A DNA stretch of 64,000 nt, taken from the NCBI GenBank assembly GCA_016748015.1, contig JAAOMT010000769.1, forward strand, positions 20,657-84,656, in the 5' to 3' direction. Position numbers and translations under genes: made by a program. The notes under the pieces were generated by a model that searched no databases, had not been told where the DNA came from, and saw only the letters and a program-made list of their open reading frames with translations. The stretch comes from Geosiphon pyriformis uo1. Lineage: Eukaryota; Fungi; Glomeromycota. Positions 38,075-51,577 of this stretch are shown piece after piece; the first letter of the stretch is position 1, and every line of letters begins with the position of its first letter.

Positions 38075-38870
38075 GCCTAAATGAGCTGTGTACAATTTCT
38101 TTTTATAACAACAGCAACAACAACAATAACAGCAATAAGATGATTTAGGCTTCGTTTGAAGCATAAAATATACCGTATTGCTAAAAATTCTTTGTGCACC
38201 AAAAACAGAGAAGTTTATTAACAACCGATTTTAATTCTTTAGATATTACTCTAACCTTCTTTTATGCTTATTCCTATTTATTAATGTAGAAGAAAATTTG
38301 GGGTAAAACCAATCTTAAGTTAAATCAATAGTATAATAACGATATTATTTACTATTAACAAGATTAAAGAAATTAATAAACACGCTTATTTTATCATTGA
38401 TATTGCATTTAATACTATTGATAAACAAGTGGATTAAAGTTTCGTATTGTTCTTAAAATCCGATTTGCCAATCTAGAAAAATACACTTTTGTTCATGATC
38501 TTGAAGATGTAAATTGAATGTTTGCTATGGATGCTTGAATTAATGTTTTTCATTTGGATGTTGATAAATGAAAATTTATTTTTCAGCTATAAAGAGAATC
38601 ATAGTGTTTGCACCTGAGTTATTATGTCTAAAATTGTTTCATATTATTGTTCTAATACTCTTTCAAGTGACCTTTGTTAGAAATATACATGATAAGAATT
38701 AAATGCATAAATGCCAAAGCAATATATTGAAATGTTTCTAAGAAACCATCATTTTCAGTTCAGTAGATTTACTAATTGTATAGCCTCAGTTTTGTAGACT
38801 TCACTGTAATAATTAATATAATCTGCCCTACAAACTCTTTCTTAAGACTTGGATCCAAAAAAATATTTTA
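38075..38870. repeat. Left arm of a second inverted duplication (partner 40215-40795)
   Basis: For example, 38451-38795 is the diverged reverse complement of 40310-40650. The left arm has an extra ~210 bp at 38240-38450. Confidence 0.9.
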
Positions 38871-40214
38871 TAAAAATATATTTCAATAAATTTAATACTA
38901 ATTTATATTAAATCAAATTATACGATTTCAAAAAGTTATTTCTAAATTATAATTAAAACATAAATTATTGTTAATCCGAGAAAAACGCTACAAAAAAATA
39001 AAAACTGGCATGTATTATACTTATTTCATTCATTTTAAATGCTTTCTTGAGATTTTTTACACAAAGAGTAATAATAAATTGTTTTTAGACGAGATTTTGA
39101 ATCTAAAAAATATTCATAGTTTGAATAAAAAATAAAAATAAATAGTTTATTGTTTTAAAAATCGTTTTTTCAAACCCTTTATTAAAATAATTTTTGAAAA
39201 CAATTTTTTAAAAGCAGAGATTATATTTATGTTTTTTTTATATTTACATAGTTTTAAAAATTAATTAGCAATATTATTCTTTAATAAACAGGTTGCAGTA
39301 AGTATAGTACACAAAGATGTTACACAAATATTTTGTTTCATTGTCATGTTATCTAAAAAAGTAGCTTGACTTTTTTCTGAATCAAACATTTATTGAATGA
39401 GCTGAATATGCACAGACTCTCTCCAATATAAATGAGCTGTGAAAAAACTGCAATACACTGGATGCTATAAAAATTAAAATATTTATTTAAAAAATAAAAT
39501 AATATTTGTTATTTTAAGAAATATATTTTATTTACTTTTGGCCATGTAAAATCTGTTCATAATAATCAGAGGCTCATTTTTTTTTGCTTGACATCAACAT
39601 TAAATAAATACGAATTAATTAATTATTCAAATTATTTTGAGAAATATTTTAATTTATTTATTTAATTAAATAAAGTAAGAAACTTTCACACTAATCTTAG
39701 AACAATAAAAAGCTATAAAGCTGATTTTCGAAATAATTTTAGCATTTTTTTTGGTAATTCCTTTTTTTTTGAAATTTTTCAAGAAACTCAATAATTAATT
39801 TCTTTATTAATTAATTAAATAATTTTTAAGATAATTTTTTTGCAATTAATAATATAATTCGCATGTACTTTCAATAATATTTACAAAATATTGTGATTTT
39901 GATAATTTCATTTGATATTTAAGAAAACAAAATAATATTTAAAAATTACCAATAACTATATATTCAATAATTGAAAAATGACAGATTTTTATTGCATGAA
40001 ATTTGTTAAAATAAACTATAATTCTTAAATAAATAAATAAAACATAAATTTAAGCCTTTTTATTATTACTCATTTGTTTAGATATTTTTTGACTTTATAA
40101 GCAACATTTATTATAACATCAAAAAACAAAAAAAAATTGTTAATTTGATACCTTTTTAGTAAAAGCAACATTGTCAAGTATAATCAATAAAAGTGCTTTT
40201 CGCACTTTTAATGA

Positions 40215-40795
40215 GAATATTTTTGTGAATCCAAGTTTTTAAGTGAAGTTTGTAGCGCGGATTATCTTAATTCTTACAGTAAAGTCTATATGACTAAAAA
40301 AAACGGCATGCAAAACTGAGGCTATAAAATTGGTAAATCTACTGAACCTAATGGTTTCTTAGAACCATTTCAACAAATTGCTTTAGCATTTATGCATTTC
40401 ATTCTTATCATGTATATTCCTAACAAAGATCACTTGAAAGAGTATGATGAACGATAATGTGAATCTATTTTTAAACATAATAACTCGGGTGCAAACACCA
40501 TGATTCTCTTATAGGTGAACAATAATTTTCATTATCAACATCCAAGTGAAAAACATTAATTCAAGTATCCATAGCATACATTTAATTTATATCTCAAAGA
40601 TTATGAACAAAAGTGTATCTTTCTATGTTGGCAAATCGGATTTTAAGAATAAAAGCGGTTGTTAATAAACTTTTCTGTTTTGGTGCACAAAGAATTTTTA
40701 ATGATTTTTAGCAATATGGTATCTTTTCTGCTTCACACGAAGCCTAATTCGTGTTATTGTTATTGTTCTACAAAGAAATTAAATACCTATTTAGC
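40215..40795. repeat. Right arm of the second inverted duplication; upstream region of the intact kinase
   Basis: Reverse-complement match to 38075-38870. Segment 40730-40793 is also homologous to 1377-1459. Confidence 0.9.
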
Positions 40796-41006
40796 ATGAT
40801 TTGTAGCGAATCACAGTCTGATGAATAAGGTTAATAAATCGATTGTTTAGACTATGCGAACATAGAGAAACAATATTAATAAGAACTCGCATTTTAGACA
40901 AATTATTTTCTAAAGGTATTCTCAAATAAAGCTTTTAAAAAGAAACCTTTTTCGAATAATAACCTATTTACTTTTTATCCTTTATCCTTTGCTCTTTATC
41001 CAAATC

Positions 41007-42574
41007 ATGGAAAACAAAGAAATTAATAAATATCGTCCAGAAGTTCATGATTGCAACGAGTGTGAAAAATGTCAAGAGAGTATTAAAAATAATAATAATA
41101 ATTATTGTAGTGCATGCCAATTCATATTTTTTGAAAAACTTTACAAAGACTTTTCAAGTGGCAATCAAATAGTTGATGAAACAATTAAGAATCCAATGTA
41201 TATTCCACCTAATGAAGATGAACATAGAATATATAATGGTGAATTGAATTACTATGAATGGATTCCATGGGAACGGTTGTCGAATATCAACGAAATTGCT
41301 AAAGGAGGGTTCGGTATAATCTATAAAGCAACCCTAATTGATGGATTAATTGATGTAAGAAGTATAAAGCATCATGGTTCAATGGAACATGAAAGAAAGG
41401 GAGGGAAGAAAGTAGCTATAAAAATTATAAAAATGGACAGTGAAGAAGTGTTCAAAGAGGTAAACAAACTATTATTATTTACATTTATATTTATATATTA
41501 ATTTTTATTTCTTCACTGTATATTATCTATTTACTTTTTACACTATTTGTAGTTAAATATTCAAAGAGCTATGTTTATTAAGAATCGGTCTTTAAGTGCT
41601 CTTGTCTCTAAAATGTATGGGATTACGCAAAACGCTGCAACACTCGAGTATGGTATTGTTATGGAGTTTGCCGAACATGGAGACATGCGAAAATATTTAT
41701 CAAAAAATTTTCATTCTATGAGTTGGGAATATAAATTATTCATCGCGCGTTTTATAGCTTCTGGACTTGATTCAATTCATTCTTCTGGTATGGTTCATCG
41801 TGACCTACACTCGGGCAACATCCTACAATATAAATCTTTTTACTTTAATGCACGAATTTGCGACCTCGGATTATGTCAACCTACCAACACAAACCATGAA
41901 GCAACAACAACAGAGGAAAAAAAGATATATGGAGTGATTCCATACATTCCACCAGAAGTTTTAAGAGGAGAAAAGTTTACATTGGCCGGTGATATTTATA
42001 GTTTTGCCATGTTATTATGGGAATTAGCAACAGGAAAGCCTCCTTTTCATGATCGTTCTCATGATCACTTTCTTATAATGGATATTTTAAATGGTCAAAG
42101 ACCTAAGATTACTTCCCCACTTATTCCACTTTGTATTGCCGAAATAATTGAAAAGTGTTGGGATGCTAATCCTGAGAATCGTCCTAGTGTGAAAGAAGTT
42201 CGACAGAAGTTGGTTAAACTTGAGGATAATAATTTCGAGTTTTTAGAATCAGATAAATACGTGAAAGAAATGGTAAAGAACGATTCTACAACAACAACAA
42301 CAACAACAAAAAGCATTCATCCAGGAGCAGTTTATACAAGTCGTGTTTTGACTGCAAAGATCGTTGATTTTTCAAAAGGTTAGTTTATATTGATTAATTC
42401 ATTGATTTAATCATTATACAGTATATTACAATTTTCTATCCATTATACTTTATAAAAGAATTAGTGTTTTTGCCTGAAGGTAAGAAGTTACATTAATCAT
42501 TAATCATTAATGCAACTTATTTTCTTGTTTAACGGTATTTCTTTTATTATAAATTATATTTAGATGACTTTTAA
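41007..42574 (+). CDS. Intact TKL-type protein kinase; exons 41007-41459, 41553-42378, 42459-42479, 42564-42574
   Basis: The frame stays open after GT-AG splicing. N-terminal CxxCxxC...CxxC, then IAKGGFGIIYKA, VAIK, HRDLHSGN, ICDLG, GVIPYIPPE, DIYSF, CWDANPENRP and HPGAVYTSR. Two C-terminal micro-exons are conserved with the paralogs. Confidence 0.9.
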
Positions 42575-45500
42575 TACATCTAGAAAAGGATTTCTTAAAG
42601 GCGGAGTTTGATTTATATTATTTATATACTAACAAATCAATTAATAGAAATCATTTACCCTTTCATCAAACTATTATAAAATAATCAAAATCAATATAGA
42701 CATCAGAGATATTTGAAATTTAAACGTGATTTTGACGTCTAAAAAAGTTCTATTGTCCTTCTTTTAATCACCGAAAATTACTTCATAAATTTATTTTATT
42801 AATAATTAAACGTCGGTAGCTTTATCCCTAAACTTTCGGATCATTAAAAATCTCTTATCAAATTAGCCCTAATTTATCATCTTTAGAATTATTCCTCGGG
42901 CATTACAATATCATTTAAAAAAAATAATATTTGATGTTTCAGTTAAAAATTTTCAAGTTATTGTTTCACTTTTATCTCAAGAAATTAATTAAATTATAGT
43001 TTTTAAAAAGCCAAATGGGTTTAAGAATTTTCACTGGTTTTTGATTATTTATATGATCTTTTAAAAATTCAGTATTTTTAAAAAATGTTACAAAATAACA
43101 TATGTGCAATTAATTAATTAAGAGAGTTTAGACTTGAGAATTTAATGTGCATAAATTGATTATTAACTTTTATTTTTTATAGATTTGATATAAAAGCTAA
43201 TAATTTAAATCTTAAATCTAATAAAGAAGTTCTTTGATTGTTAAATATATTGTTAATAAAGTAAAATATGTAGTGCTGCTTAAAAATTTTGTTGTTTTTT
43301 CAAATGAACATAATAGATAGATAAGCTTTTCAACTTTTTTTATTTATTTAAAATCAAAAATAAAATAGTTAATTTATTCCTATTTTGATAAATTTTTCAA
43401 TTATTTTTACATTGTATTGCTTTATACAATGCCTTAATTAAGTGTTTCAAATTAATAAGTTTTTTCAAAACTTTTAAAATTAAGCTTTACTAAGTGGTAA
43501 CATCTTAAATTGGTACAAAAATTCTTTTGTTAGATTTAAAGCTCTTTAATTTAAAAAAATGAGCCTAATATTTATTATAATAAATAAGAAATAAATTATG
43601 AGCTTTATACAGGTAAAAAAAAATTTAATATTAAAACAATTATTTAAACTATTCGAAATTGTAAGGTAAATAGTATATGTAAAACAAAAAATAAATTTGA
43701 TATTTATATCTTGAAATACTTTAAAAATTTTGTATTATTGTTTATAGCTCTGTGAATAATTTTATTATATAAATTAATTATCTTTTTATTAAATATATAC
43801 AAAAGTTTTATGACAATATTTTTTTTAAATAATCATATAGTATTTTTTTAATTGTAAATAAGACTTTATATAATTAAAAATTTTTGGTTAACTAATAAAT
43901 TGTAATACCAATATATAATTAGTAAAAACAGTTTAATAATTGATAATAAAATGGCTTTTTTTATAATATTATTAAGTAATTTAACTAGTTATTATCTTGT
44001 AAATTTAATATTTTATCAAATAAGTAATTTAATTATTATATTATAAAATAGTTTATAATTAAGATATAGTAAATAACAAAATGTTTTTAAATTTCATGTT
44101 TTCTAATAATACAAATAACTATAAATTATTTATAATAAATTTAAGCAATTAAAAATTAATATATTCTTGTTTTATTACAAAAAAGACTTAATCTTATTCT
44201 ATAATTGTTGTATGTTGTCTATTGAAGTGGTTTTAGTTTTTAGGTAAAATAGTTTTGTTTTTTTATAATCAAATATACTTTGCAAAATAATAAGCATAAG
44301 ATAATAAAGTATTAAAAAATAAAATTGTGAATATTTAATAATACTATATATTCAAATTTTTTTATTTTTATTGTATTTAAACTAATAATAAATTTAACTA
44401 ATATTAACTCTTATTTTATTTTATTATTTAATTATAATTTATTGGCTTATAAGTTAATATTGTACTTTGGTAAATAATTTTAAAAGTTTTAATAAATTTG
44501 AAGTTTTAACAATTAAGTTGTAATAATTAATAATATTTAGTGGTTGATTTTTTTGACATATTAACGAGTTTATTTTGGTGTTTATTACTTTTTTGATATG
44601 TATTTTAATATTTAACAAGTTAATTTTATGTTTATTTTTGTATTTTTTACCAGACAATTTTTAATATTGTAATTTTAATGTTTTTTGTAATTAAATATTA
44701 TATACAACAAAACAAAACAAAACAAAACAAAAATAAATAAAATAATAATAATAAATAAAAAATTAATATTTTGTTAATAACTATAATCAAAACTATTGTT
44801 TTAGTGCTGTTAGATTCTTTAAATAGGTGTTATTAGTATTAGTTTTTTTTAATAAACTAAGTATTAATAATAAGTAATTTCAACAAAATAAATATAAGTT
44901 CATGAAATTTGAAATTAAATATTGAATAATAACTTTAATTTTATTAAAATAGACTTTATTTTAAGTACTAAATTTTTTAATTGCTGAAAATACTTAATAA
45001 AAATCAAATTTTAATGATAAAAAATTTTTTTTTTGCTTTTAATATTACTGCTATATATATACATAAATCTTTGTAATATAAAATTCCTAAATATTTTAGT
45101 GATTTTTACACTTTTTGAGTTATTGCTAGAATTTTTAATATTATATTATCTACTAACTTTTAATATTTAATTGGTTATTTATTCTATATATTTTTTCTTT
45201 ATTATTTTATAAATAATACTGGTTAAAAATTTTTAAGTAATTAACAAATAAAGTTTTAACTAGTTAGAAGCATTAATTTAAACACTTCAGAAAAATAGTG
45301 TTTTTTTTAAAATTTTTTAAATAATTTACATTAAATTATACTTAATGTATAAAAAATTGTGCTTGGTGGTTTGTAAACAAAGATAAGGCAAAATATAATA
45401 ATTATAATTATAATTTGACAAGATCATTTTGTAAAGAATACTTTGTATGATTTTTTTTGTAATTCTTATAGTGAAAATTGATTATTTTAAATTCCAATAA

Positions 45501-46699
45501 AAAATATATATATATAATCATATTTTAATAAAAACTTAATTAAAAAATAAATTAAACTTGATAATCAATTTTCTTTAAATACTCTGTTTTTAATTAATTT
45601 AGAAATATAATTGATTGAAAAAAAATATAAAAAGAAATTAACAGATATTTTTTCAATTTTAAACCCTATTTTTTTAATTATTTTTTTTCTAAAAATCAAT
45701 TTTTTTACTTGATTTCTAAAATTATTAAATATTAGTTTTTTTACCATTTAATTGAAAATTAATTAATCATATTTTGAAATCAAATACTTGCAATTTATTA
45801 AAATTTATTATTAAAATTTAGAATTCATATAGTTATTATATTTTTTAAATTAAATTATTATTAAAAATACTTGTATTTGCATTTTTTTGAAAATTTTTGT
45901 ATTAACATCTTTAAAATTTTGATGAAAAAAGTTAATAAAAAAATATTTAGAATATGATAAAACCTGCTTTTAAATACCAGAATCTCAAATTAATCATAAT
46001 AAAATTAGTCAAAAATTATAAATATTTTAATATACAAAGTGATGTTTATTGCCATTTATGATTTTCAAATTATCAAGCGTTTATGAATTTACAAGCTTAT
46101 AATTTACTTAATTTTATTTTAAGATAAATCAGTATTCGAAATTTCAACTTAATAAATAAAATTTTAAAAAAGAATTTGTTTTTATTAGAATTTATCAATT
46201 ATTGATAAAACTTGAATCATTCTCAAATATTAGTATTTTTAAAAATATATTTTTATTTAGATTTGAAAGAAATATTTTTAACGTATATAAATTAATCTAA
46301 TAAATATTTCTAATAAAAATAAAAATAATTTAAAACATAATAAACGTTATCTAAAATATATCCCTGTTAAAAAGATCAAATTCAATCTCATTATAGAATT
46401 ATTTAAAATAATATGCTTATTACATAAAGAGATGACATGATTATTTTTTTAGTATCTAAATATAATCGATAATAAAAATTATACTTTACATGGTTAAATT
46501 TAAATTTCTAACTTCATATCTTTAGGGAGAACCCTAAATTTTTTAAATTATAGAAATCGAAACCCAAAGTATGAATTATTGTAATATAAATGAGAATATG
46601 TGAAATAAATTCATCGAAATCAAACTTTAATAAGAAAAAAATTGAATCAAGATTTAGATAAAAAAAATTGATTGATTAACCTTTGCTCACCTAACTAAG

Positions 46700-47824
46700 A
46701 TGAAGATATTAAAGCATAGAATGGTTATTTAAATTACTATAAATGGTTTCCATGGAAATTTTTGTCGAATATCAACGAAATTACTAGAGAAAGATACCCT
46801 TATTAAAGGATTAATAAATCTGATAAGTATAAAACATCATTGTTCAATGTAATATAAAATAAGAGGAGATTCAGAACTAGCAATAAAAATTATGCCAACG
46901 AACGGTTCAAAAGTGTTTAAAGAGGTAAACAAAGTATCAGTATTTATACTATATTTAATTTATATTTACCTATTATTTATTTGCTGTATATTATTTTTTA
47001 TTTATATTATCTGTTTACTTTTATACACTGTTAATAGTAAAATGTTCAAAGGGCTATGTTTAATAACAGCAATTCAAGTTGTATATCTTCAAAATTTGGG
47101 GTTATGCAAAACGTTAAAACACTCGAGAATGGAATTGTGATGGAGTTTGCCGAACATGGAGACATGCGAAAATATTTATCATTCTACGAGTCGGTCTATT
47201 AAATTAAGGATCGCATCAAATATAGCTACTGGACTTTTTTCAATTCATTCTTCTGGTATGGTTCATCTTGACCTACACACTACAATTGACTACTTATGAG
47301 GCAAATACCAGTAAACCATGAAGGAACAAAAACAGGAAAAGCAAAAAAGAAAAAAAATATTTATGGAGTGATTCCATACATTCCACCAGAAGTTTTAAGA
47401 GGAGAAAAGTTTACATTGGCCGGTGATATTTATATTTTTTCCATGTTACTATGGAAATTAGCAACAGGAAAGACTTCTTTTTATGATCTTTCTCATGATC
47501 ACATTATTATAATTGATATTTTAAATGGTCAAAGACCTGAAATTACCTCCACTTATTCCACTTTCTATTGCCAAAATAATTGTAGAGTGTTGGCATGTTA
47601 ATTATAAAAACCGTCTTAATGCCAAGGAAGTTGAATAGAAGTTGTTGGGACTTGCGGGTTCAGAGTCCGAGTTTTTAGAATCAGCTAAATACGTGTTTGA
47701 AATGTTAAAGAACGGCACAACAATAACAACAACAACGCCAACGCGCATTCATCCAGGAGCAGTTTATACAAGTCCTGTTTTAAGTTTGCAAATGATTGAA
47801 GAAACCGAAGGTTGGTCTATATAA
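46700..47824 (+). pseudogene. Kinase pseudogene, tandem paralog of the 41007 gene, 5'-eroded with deletions and frameshifts
   Basis: Remnants LNYYKWFPW, VFKE|gtaaac intron, VMEFAEHGDMRKYLS, GVIPYIPPEVLRGEKFTLAGDIY and HPGAVYTS. Confidence 0.9.
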
Positions 47825-50800
47825 TTTACAAGTGATAAGCTTTTATATACGTACATAGATTGTATGCATGTTCTAAAGTAAAAGAGGATCGTGGGCTTTT
47901 TATATGTGACTAGCCATCTGGATAAATTTTATTCAATCAAATAATTACTTGTATTTTATTACTTTTAAATATTTAGTTTTTCAATATTTTCAACATTTTT
48001 TTTTAAACTTATAAATAATTAATTTAAATTTATTACTTTAAATTATCCAGTATATCAAAATAATCCTTATTTTATATCATTTTCTTCTTAACCTTAGAAA
48101 TGTTGTGTTTATCAACTTATATCGTTAAATACTTATGTTATATGCATATCTGATTTGATAAATTAAAGGTCAAACATAGCCTCTTTATGAAATTAAAATT
48201 AAACATCCTTGGACATTAATATCAATTTTATCAAATAAGATTTTTAACTTTATGGCTATTTCTCAAATATGTTTTTTATAAAAAAAATTTAATATTCAAT
48301 AATTTAATTTTAAAATCTTAATCACTAATGCTTTTAAAAATAAATCTTCAAATCAAAACAACTCTTTTATAAAAATTAAAGTTCAACCATCTTATGATTA
48401 ATTTTTTAAGAGACAAATGTTTAAAAAAATTTGATTTTAAATCTTGATAAAAAAATATTATTTGATGTTTAAATTCAAACTTCAAATATGTCATTTTATT
48501 TTTTATCTTAAAAGGATTCAATTGATTTTTTAATGTAATGTTTTTAATAATTAATCAAATAATTAGTCATAAATTTTGAATTGTTTTATTATTTTAATAT
48601 GCATAAATTTATTGGATCTGATTGTTTAACTTTAATTTATTAAGTTATTTAAGTTATTTAGAAAATTTTAAATTCTATAATTTTAATATGTCTTGGTTTT
48701 TTGAATAATATTTTTAAAATAACCAAAAAAAAACAATAATAAATTCTTTTTTGGTTTTTTGTAATCAAAACAGAAAATACTTTTTATAAAATATTTATTG
48801 CTATCTTTTTTAATTTTTTTTCAGCTGACAACAATTTATAATCTATTTTAACTAGCCATTTATAATTTAATAAAAAAATATTATTATTTTATGTAATATT
48901 GTATTACATTAATCATATTTTTTAAATCTTATTCATATGTTCATTCAATTCTTACTTCTGTTTTGTTATAACAATATATTTATATTAAATTTTTAAAAAC
49001 AAAGCATATTTTTTCAAAATGACCCATTAAAAACATTATATTTAACAATTAATTTATATCGTCTATTTTATTGATTTTCAATTACAATTAAGATCATTTG
49101 GAAAACATTTTCAAATAACTATTAAATATGCTCTAATTAATTATTAATTTATTATAGAGTTCCCTAAACTTTTAGGATATTTGAAAATGAAACTTTTTCT
49201 GCGGCCCTTCTAATGAAAATTATTATGTATTAAATAGAACTTATGATAGATTGAATTCAAGCCTTCTAGGCATTTTGAATGGTGATATGAGCCAAGCATC
49301 GGATGATGAATAATTGATCAGTTTAAGTGAAACTTGAAAAATATTGAACTCAACAGATAATTGAAGAGCATGGTTAATGTTTAATTATAAACGGTTACAT
49401 ACTGAAAAAAAAAGCCATTCTGTATCGCAAACCTCGAGAGTAAGCTAAGAAAATTAGATCTCAAAAGAGTGCTGCAGAGCATTGGTGGTTATTCTGCGAA
49501 AATTCAAATTTACTATTTATTTTAGCCTAAGCCATTTAATGACGAGAAAAAGTTTTTTATTTATTAAAATTAAATAAATGTTAATAAATATAGAATTTAA
49601 AATATATTTAAACTCAATATTTTCTGGTAATATAAATATAATATTAAGAAATAAGATAAATTGGTTCAAATTCAGTATATAATAAAAATAAAATATTTTA
49701 GAAAAATTAAAAAAAACTCCACCTAATACAAAGTTAAATTCTAATATATTTTAGTGAAAATAGAAGAAAGCAATTTCTTTTGCCTTGGTTTCTTTTTCTA
49801 GGTCAATTAAAATAGACTTTAAAATTATTATAGGAAAAAAAACCTTTTATCACAATAAATTTTTCGATATAAGTGTGTTTAAATTATTTTTATACCAAAA
49901 ATTTTTGAAATTTCTGCAATCGAATTATTCAAAGAAAAACAAATCATAAAAATGTAGTTGATTTATAGATTTTTGGGAAGAAAAATATTTCGTTTGGAAT
50001 CATTTATTTTTCAAGGTAAAATAGATAAAAAACACTAGAAATATAAATTAATTTTTAGGTAAAATTTAGAATAGGTTCTATCATTAATTAACCTGTCGAG
50101 TTGATATTATTATTTTAAAATAAACTGTATATTAAATCTTATAAAGTATAATTTAACTATAATTAAAGTTTTTGTTGAAAAATGTCAATAATAAATTTAA
50201 AATCAATTTTTGATTAGCCTTTGGCTGTTGGCAAAACACTTATTTTGGTTTTGAATAAAAGTTTTTTCTCATTTAAAGTCTCTTCTATGTAATTAACTAA
50301 AATTAGTTTTAATATAGTTATTGTTAACATAAAGAATTTTAAAACTTTTAACAATAAGTTAATAGCCAAATTATCATTTTTTATTTAAAGTCTGTCTCTT
50401 TTTTTGTACAAAATAAGATATTAGTTTTCTTTAAATTTTTATCAATTCTGTTATAATAGTACTAATTACAATATATAATTTTAATTAGCTTTAAACAATA
50501 ATTTTTTCCTAATTAAAATAATAATAGTAGTAATATATTTGTTAAAGCTAATTTTAATTTATATATAATTAATTTCAATTTTTATTAGTTTTAAAAGCAA
50601 GCAAATCATGTTTTCATGTATAATTTGTATTAATTAACTTATTAAATTATTTTATTTTAAAAATTAAACTGATAAAATAAATATTAAACCACTTTTTTTG
50701 CTGTTTTTAAAACACATAATTGGTTTAAAACTAATTATTTAAAACTATGTTAAGTTTTTTGTGTATTTTAAGCTTTTTAAAATACTACTATTTAAATAAA

Positions 50801-51577
50801 ATTTGTTAATTCATTTTTACCACTTTTAAAATTGCAAAATTTTTTATAATATTTATTAATTTTATATAATATTTTTTTGAATGTTTTTTTTAACAAAATT
50901 AAAAATATTTTAAATGTTTTTAGTAAGATTTTAGTTATTAAATTAAAGTCTGTTAGTTTGTGGTAATATATAATTATATATTTTAATATTTTTAAGATAA
51001 TTAAAACTTTTATGTTTTTTAATTAGTTTTAATTATAAAAAATAATATTAAAATCTTTTTTTGTAATTAAAAAAATATTATTATTTTTTAAAATATGTTA
51101 AAGCCAAATTAATCACCTTTTTTTCTGATTATAAAGCTTTTAAAATCAATAATTTGGTTTTTAAAGTTGACTCGTTTTATTTTATGATCATTTATAATAT
51201 AAACTATTTTTTTATTTTCAAATTACTTTTTTGAAAAAATAGTAAGGAAATATTTATGAGATTAATTTTATATATTGAGTTTTTACAAATTTAAATTACT
51301 TATTAAGTTGAATTTATTCTTTTATTATTTTTTTATATATAATATTTGTTTTTTTGCTATTTGTTAACATGTTATTCTAATTTGTAACAATATAATATTA
51401 TTTTTTATGTTAATTTTGTTAATGTTAATTATAATTTCAAAATTAATTCGTATAAATTTTTTAATAAATCCAAATACTTTTTTTGTATTAGTTTAAATAA
51501 ATTCTGTTATAAATTTTAAATCAAAAAATATTTAAAATAATTATTTATTTGCTTTAAAACTTTGGTCAATTCTTAAA

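Noticed and set aside
43110-45750. Short Lys/Ile/Asn-rich ORFs in AT-rich DNA (also 28637, 30325, 58720)
   Set aside because: Composition reflects AT bias. They may be erased TEs, but no motif could be assigned with confidence.
49190-49550. Slightly GC-richer patch with CpGs, possible gene remnant or ncRNA
   Set aside because: No open frame, recognisable motif or tRNA/snRNA structure found.
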